A stretch of 64,000 nucleotides of DNA from positions 3,168,001-3,232,000 of the forward strand of contig CAXXJJ010000004.1 in the NCBI GenBank assembly GCA_963667015.2. Direction: 5' to 3'. Below the pieces are notes generated by a model. That model was given only the letters and a program-made list of their open reading frames with translations. It was not told the DNA's origin and ran no database searches. The translations under genes were made by a program, and so were the position numbers. This stretch comes from Desulfatiglandales bacterium. Its GTDB lineage: Bacteria; Desulfobacterota; DSM-4660; Desulfatiglandales; HGW-15. This document shows, piece by piece, positions 61,047-64,000 of the stretch. Positions within the stretch are counted from its first letter, which is position 1; the number at the start of each line of letters is the position of its first letter.

Positions 61047-62801
61047 TCAGGAATACAGATCCTCACAAATCCCGCACCTGTTACAATTGCCGGGGTCACA
61101 GATATCCGATTCCCTTTCCTTCAGGGCGAGCATATACTCCTTTATAAGAAATTCTTTATGCAGGTTATGGTCAATAAAATCCCATGGCAGTGTTTCATCG
61201 AGTTCCTTTGGACGGTGTACAAAAAATTCTGTATTAAGTTCAGAGTCTCTGAAGGCCCTGTTAAAATCCCCTTCATATTCATGTGCTTTTTTGAGGATTG
61301 TCCCGACCCTTCTGTCTCCCATCGATAAAAGTGTCTGAAGATAGGCCCATTTAGGTACATCAAAGGTGACGGTCACACCGCCCTCCTTTGAAAAGGTTTT
61401 TTTAAGCCACTTCTGCTTTTCCTTGAGGCTCTTTACACTCTCCATTGGAAACCATTGAAAGGGCGTGAACGGCTTCGGAATAAAACAGTTCACACTGAGG
61501 CGGACCTGTCCGATCTCGCCTCTTGACCTTGATTCCTTTACCATCACATGTTTTATCCTTTTAACAAGGTCATGAATGGCAACAAGGTCCTCCCTTGTCT
61601 CGGTGGGAAGCCCTATTAAAAAATACAGCCTTAACGAAAATTTACCCACCCGTGCAATCATCCTTACGGCATCTTCAATCTGCTCTCGGGTGAGGTGTTT
61701 GTTTATTACCTTCCTCAGTCTTTCAGAACCGGCCTCCGGAGCAATGGCAATCTGTTTCTGGCCTGATTCCTTCAGCATTTCCAGCATCTCTTCATTTAAA
61801 AGATCTGCCCTCAGGGAGGATACGGAAAAAGTTTTATTTTCGGAAAGAATTTTCCGGGCAATTTTTTTTACACCGGGAGTATCCAGCACTGATGCACTCA
61901 GAAGCCCTACCTGACTGCACCCGTCAAAGGATGTATCTATACAACTTAAAACATCCTTTTCATTCTGATATCTTGGAGGCCTGTATACAAATCCTGCCGC
62001 GCAAAAGCGGCATGACCTGCCGCATCCCCGGCCAAGCTCAACAAGGAGTTTGTCTGCAAATTCGGTTTCAGAGGACAGGATAACGGATCTGTTTACTGAA
62101 AGGTCCTCCGGCCTGACAACTGCCGACTTTATACTGACATTAATATCATCAATTAAAGAAGTTCTGGCTTTTATAGTTCCATCATCGCCGTATTCTACCT
62201 GATACAGAGAAGGAACATACACGCTGTCCATACCTCTTGCCAGTTGTTCAAGTATTTCCTGTTTTGAATTGTCTCGGTGGATCAATCCTTTAAAGAGATC
62301 AATAAACCGGTTCAGGTTTTCCTCGGCCTCACCCAGGAGAAAGAAATCAATAAAATCGGAAACCGGTTCCGGGTTAAGAAAGGTAGTGACACCACCTGCC
62401 ATTACAAGGGGAAAGGACTCATCCCTTTCCTCTCTTAAAAAAGGGATCCTTGCAAAGCCAAGTACCTTGAGAATATTTGGATAGTCATTTTCAAAGGACA
62501 GGGAAAAGGCAACCAGGTCAAAGCGCGACAAAGGTGATTTTGATTCCAGGGAAACAAGGCCTCCTGCCCTTGATTGGAGGGACGATTCCGTTTCTTCGGG
62601 CAGGAAAAACCTTTCAGCTACAACATCTTCTCTTTCGTTCAACAGCCTGTATACAACCTGGAATCCCAGATTGGACATGCCCACATAATATCTGCTGGGA
62701 TATACCAGGGCGATCGATATTTTACCTCCCCAGTCTTTTTTAACAGTACCCGACTCCCGGGCAAGTTTCTCACTGTAAAGGGGGGTATTACTGCCGGACA
62801 T
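61047..62801 (-). CDS. Radical SAM protein with B12-binding-like N-terminal region
   Basis: YP..Y.VGMSNLG, SFE.D, RGCGRSCRFC, APEAGSERLR, YF.IGLP.E, C-terminal C....C..CG.C. Confidence 0.88.
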   Translation of the reverse strand: MSGSNTPLYSEKLARESGTVKKDWGGKISIALVYPSRYYVGMSNLGFQVVYRLLNEREDVVAERFFLPEETESSLQSRAGGLVSLESKSPLSRFDLVAFSLSFENDYPNILKVLGFARIPFLREERDESFPLVMAGGVTTFLNPEPVSDFIDFFLLGEAEENLNRFIDLFKGLIHRDNSKQEILEQLARGMDSVYVPSLYQVEYGDDGTIKARTSLIDDINVSIKSAVVRPEDLSVNRSVILSSETEFADKLLVELGRGCGRSCRFCAAGFVYRPPRYQNEKDVLSCIDTSFDGCSQVGLLSASVLDTPGVKKIARKILSENKTFSVSSLRADLLNEEMLEMLKESGQKQIAIAPEAGSERLRKVINKHLTREQIEDAVRMIARVGKFSLRLYFLIGLPTETREDLVAIHDLVKRIKHVMVKESRSRGEIGQVRLSVNCFIPKPFTPFQWFPMESVKSLKEKQKWLKKTFSKEGGVTVTFDVPKWAYLQTLLSMGDRRVGTILKKAHEYEGDFNRAFRDSELNTEFFVHRPKELDETLPWDFIDHNLHKEFLIKEYMLALKERESDICDPGNCNRCGICEDLYS

Positions 62802-62809
62802 ATTTCCAG

Positions 62810-64000
62810 TTAATCTGCCTTTGCCCTTAAAAAGGCCGGGTAATCAAGGTCGTCCTTAAAAAAGACCTTTTTAAAGATCCCCTTTTTCTGGGCTGCAACA
62901 GGTTCTTCATCATGATGTTCCGCTGCCTTACCCTCATTTTCACCTTTTCTCTGGAAAGCGGGGACATCATATTCATCTATCTCTTCACCGTTAAGTTTAA
63001 CCGTCCAGTTATCCTTTGCCTCTTCCGGTGTGATGTCTCTCAATCTTACTACCTTTTTATATTGATCCTTATCGATTCCGGTGGCAATAACCGTAATCTG
63101 AACTTCATCACCCATGTCTTCATTGAAGACAATACCCCATACTATCTCTGCGTCTTCTGCAACTTCGCCCTTTATGTAGTTGCTTGCCACATCTATCTCA
63201 TCCATTGTTATATCGGGTGGGGCAGTTATATTCATAAGCAGGCCCTTTGCTCCGCTTACGGATATATCCTCCAGCAGAGGACTGTTTATGGCCTGCTGAG
63301 CTGCCTCGGACGCACGGTCGGGACCGCCTGCCCTTCCGGTACCCATTATTGCAGTGCCCATCTCTGACATGACCTTTTTTATATCGGCAAAGTCCAGGTT
63401 AATAAAACCGTTACTCATGATAAGATCAGATATACCTCTGACCGCGTTTAAAAGAACCTCGTCAGCCTTTGCTATCAGGTCCCTGAACATGGCGCTTTTA
63501 TCACCAATTGCCTTGAGCCTTTCATTGGGAATGATTATAAGGGTATCTACATCCTTTTTAAGCCTGTCTATACCTGCAAGCGCCCTGTTCATTCTCTTTT
63601 CACCTTCAAATTTAAAGGGCTTTGTTACAACCGCAACTGTAAGAGCTCCGCTTTCTTTGCACTCCCTCGCGATTACAGGAGCTGCTCCGGTTCCTGTTCC
63701 GCCCCCCATACCGGCAGTAATAAAGATCATATCAGCGCCGCCAACATACTCCCTGATATCATTGATGCTTTCCTCGGCTGCCTTCTTACCGACCTCGGGG
63801 TCTGCACCGGCACCAAGACCTCTTGTAAGACTGGCGCCAAGCTGAAGCCTGTTGGGACAGACAGACCTGTCAAGGTCCTGGCTGTCTGTATTTGCAGCAA
63901 TAAAGTCTACTCCCTTGAGCTGCGCGCTTATCATGTTGTTGATGGCGTTTCCACCACCTCCCCCGATACCAATTACCTTGATTTTGGCATCATAATTGTC
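62810..64000 (-). CDS. ftsZ: Cell division protein FtsZ (5' end outside window)
   Basis: KVIGIGGGGGNA, NTD.Q, GMGGGTGTG, INLDFAD; frame open to the window edge. Confidence 0.98.
   Translation of the reverse strand, partial: DNYDAKIKVIGIGGGGGNAINNMISAQLKGVDFIAANTDSQDLDRSVCPNRLQLGASLTRGLGAGADPEVGKKAAEESINDIREYVGGADMIFITAGMGGGTGTGAAPVIARECKESGALTVAVVTKPFKFEGEKRMNRALAGIDRLKKDVDTLIIIPNERLKAIGDKSAMFRDLIAKADEVLLNAVRGISDLIMSNGFINLDFADIKKVMSEMGTAIMGTGRAGGPDRASEAAQQAINSPLLEDISVSGAKGLLMNITAPPDITMDEIDVASNYIKGEVAEDAEIVWGIVFNEDMGDEVQITVIATGIDKDQYKKVVRLRDITPEEAKDNWTVKLNGEEIDEYDVPAFQRKGENEGKAAEHHDEEPVAAQKKGIFKKVFFKDDLDYPAFLRAKAD

Overview
Core-chromosome window of an anaerobic bacterium, inferred from gene content to be Desulfobacterota-like (cytochrome c3-rnf operon, CobA/HemD fusion, Orange-protein-like gene). 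I found no CRISPR array, rRNA, tRNA, prophage or transposase. Housekeeping genes run purD (partial), coaBC, udg, nfeD-SPFH, ispD, hemC, cobA/hemD, murI, nadA, mfd, psd, ftsH-folP-coaX-ldcA, mlaC-mlaA, csp and ftsZ (partial). Highlights: (1) an 85-aa thioredoxin-fold selenoprotein candidate absent from the ORF track (in-frame TGA in UxxC plus a SECIS-like hairpin, 32364-32621); (2) a sigma70-type operon for a HydABC/NuoEFG-like complex with a NuoF-GltD fusion, no catalytic subunit, a one-base frameshift in the NuoG-like gene and two truncated MetV-like paralogs without metF (34315-40280); (3) an Rnf cluster with degenerate RnfC and RnfD flavin motifs and an RnfB-GltD fusion behind an internal terminator; (4) two deletion scars (a DUF89/psd chimera and a serine hydrolase reduced to its two termini); (5) an EndoQ-UvrD fusion, two YtrA-type modules with matching operator geometry, and several REP-like repeat families. 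All family assignments come from motif recognition by eye, not database searches.
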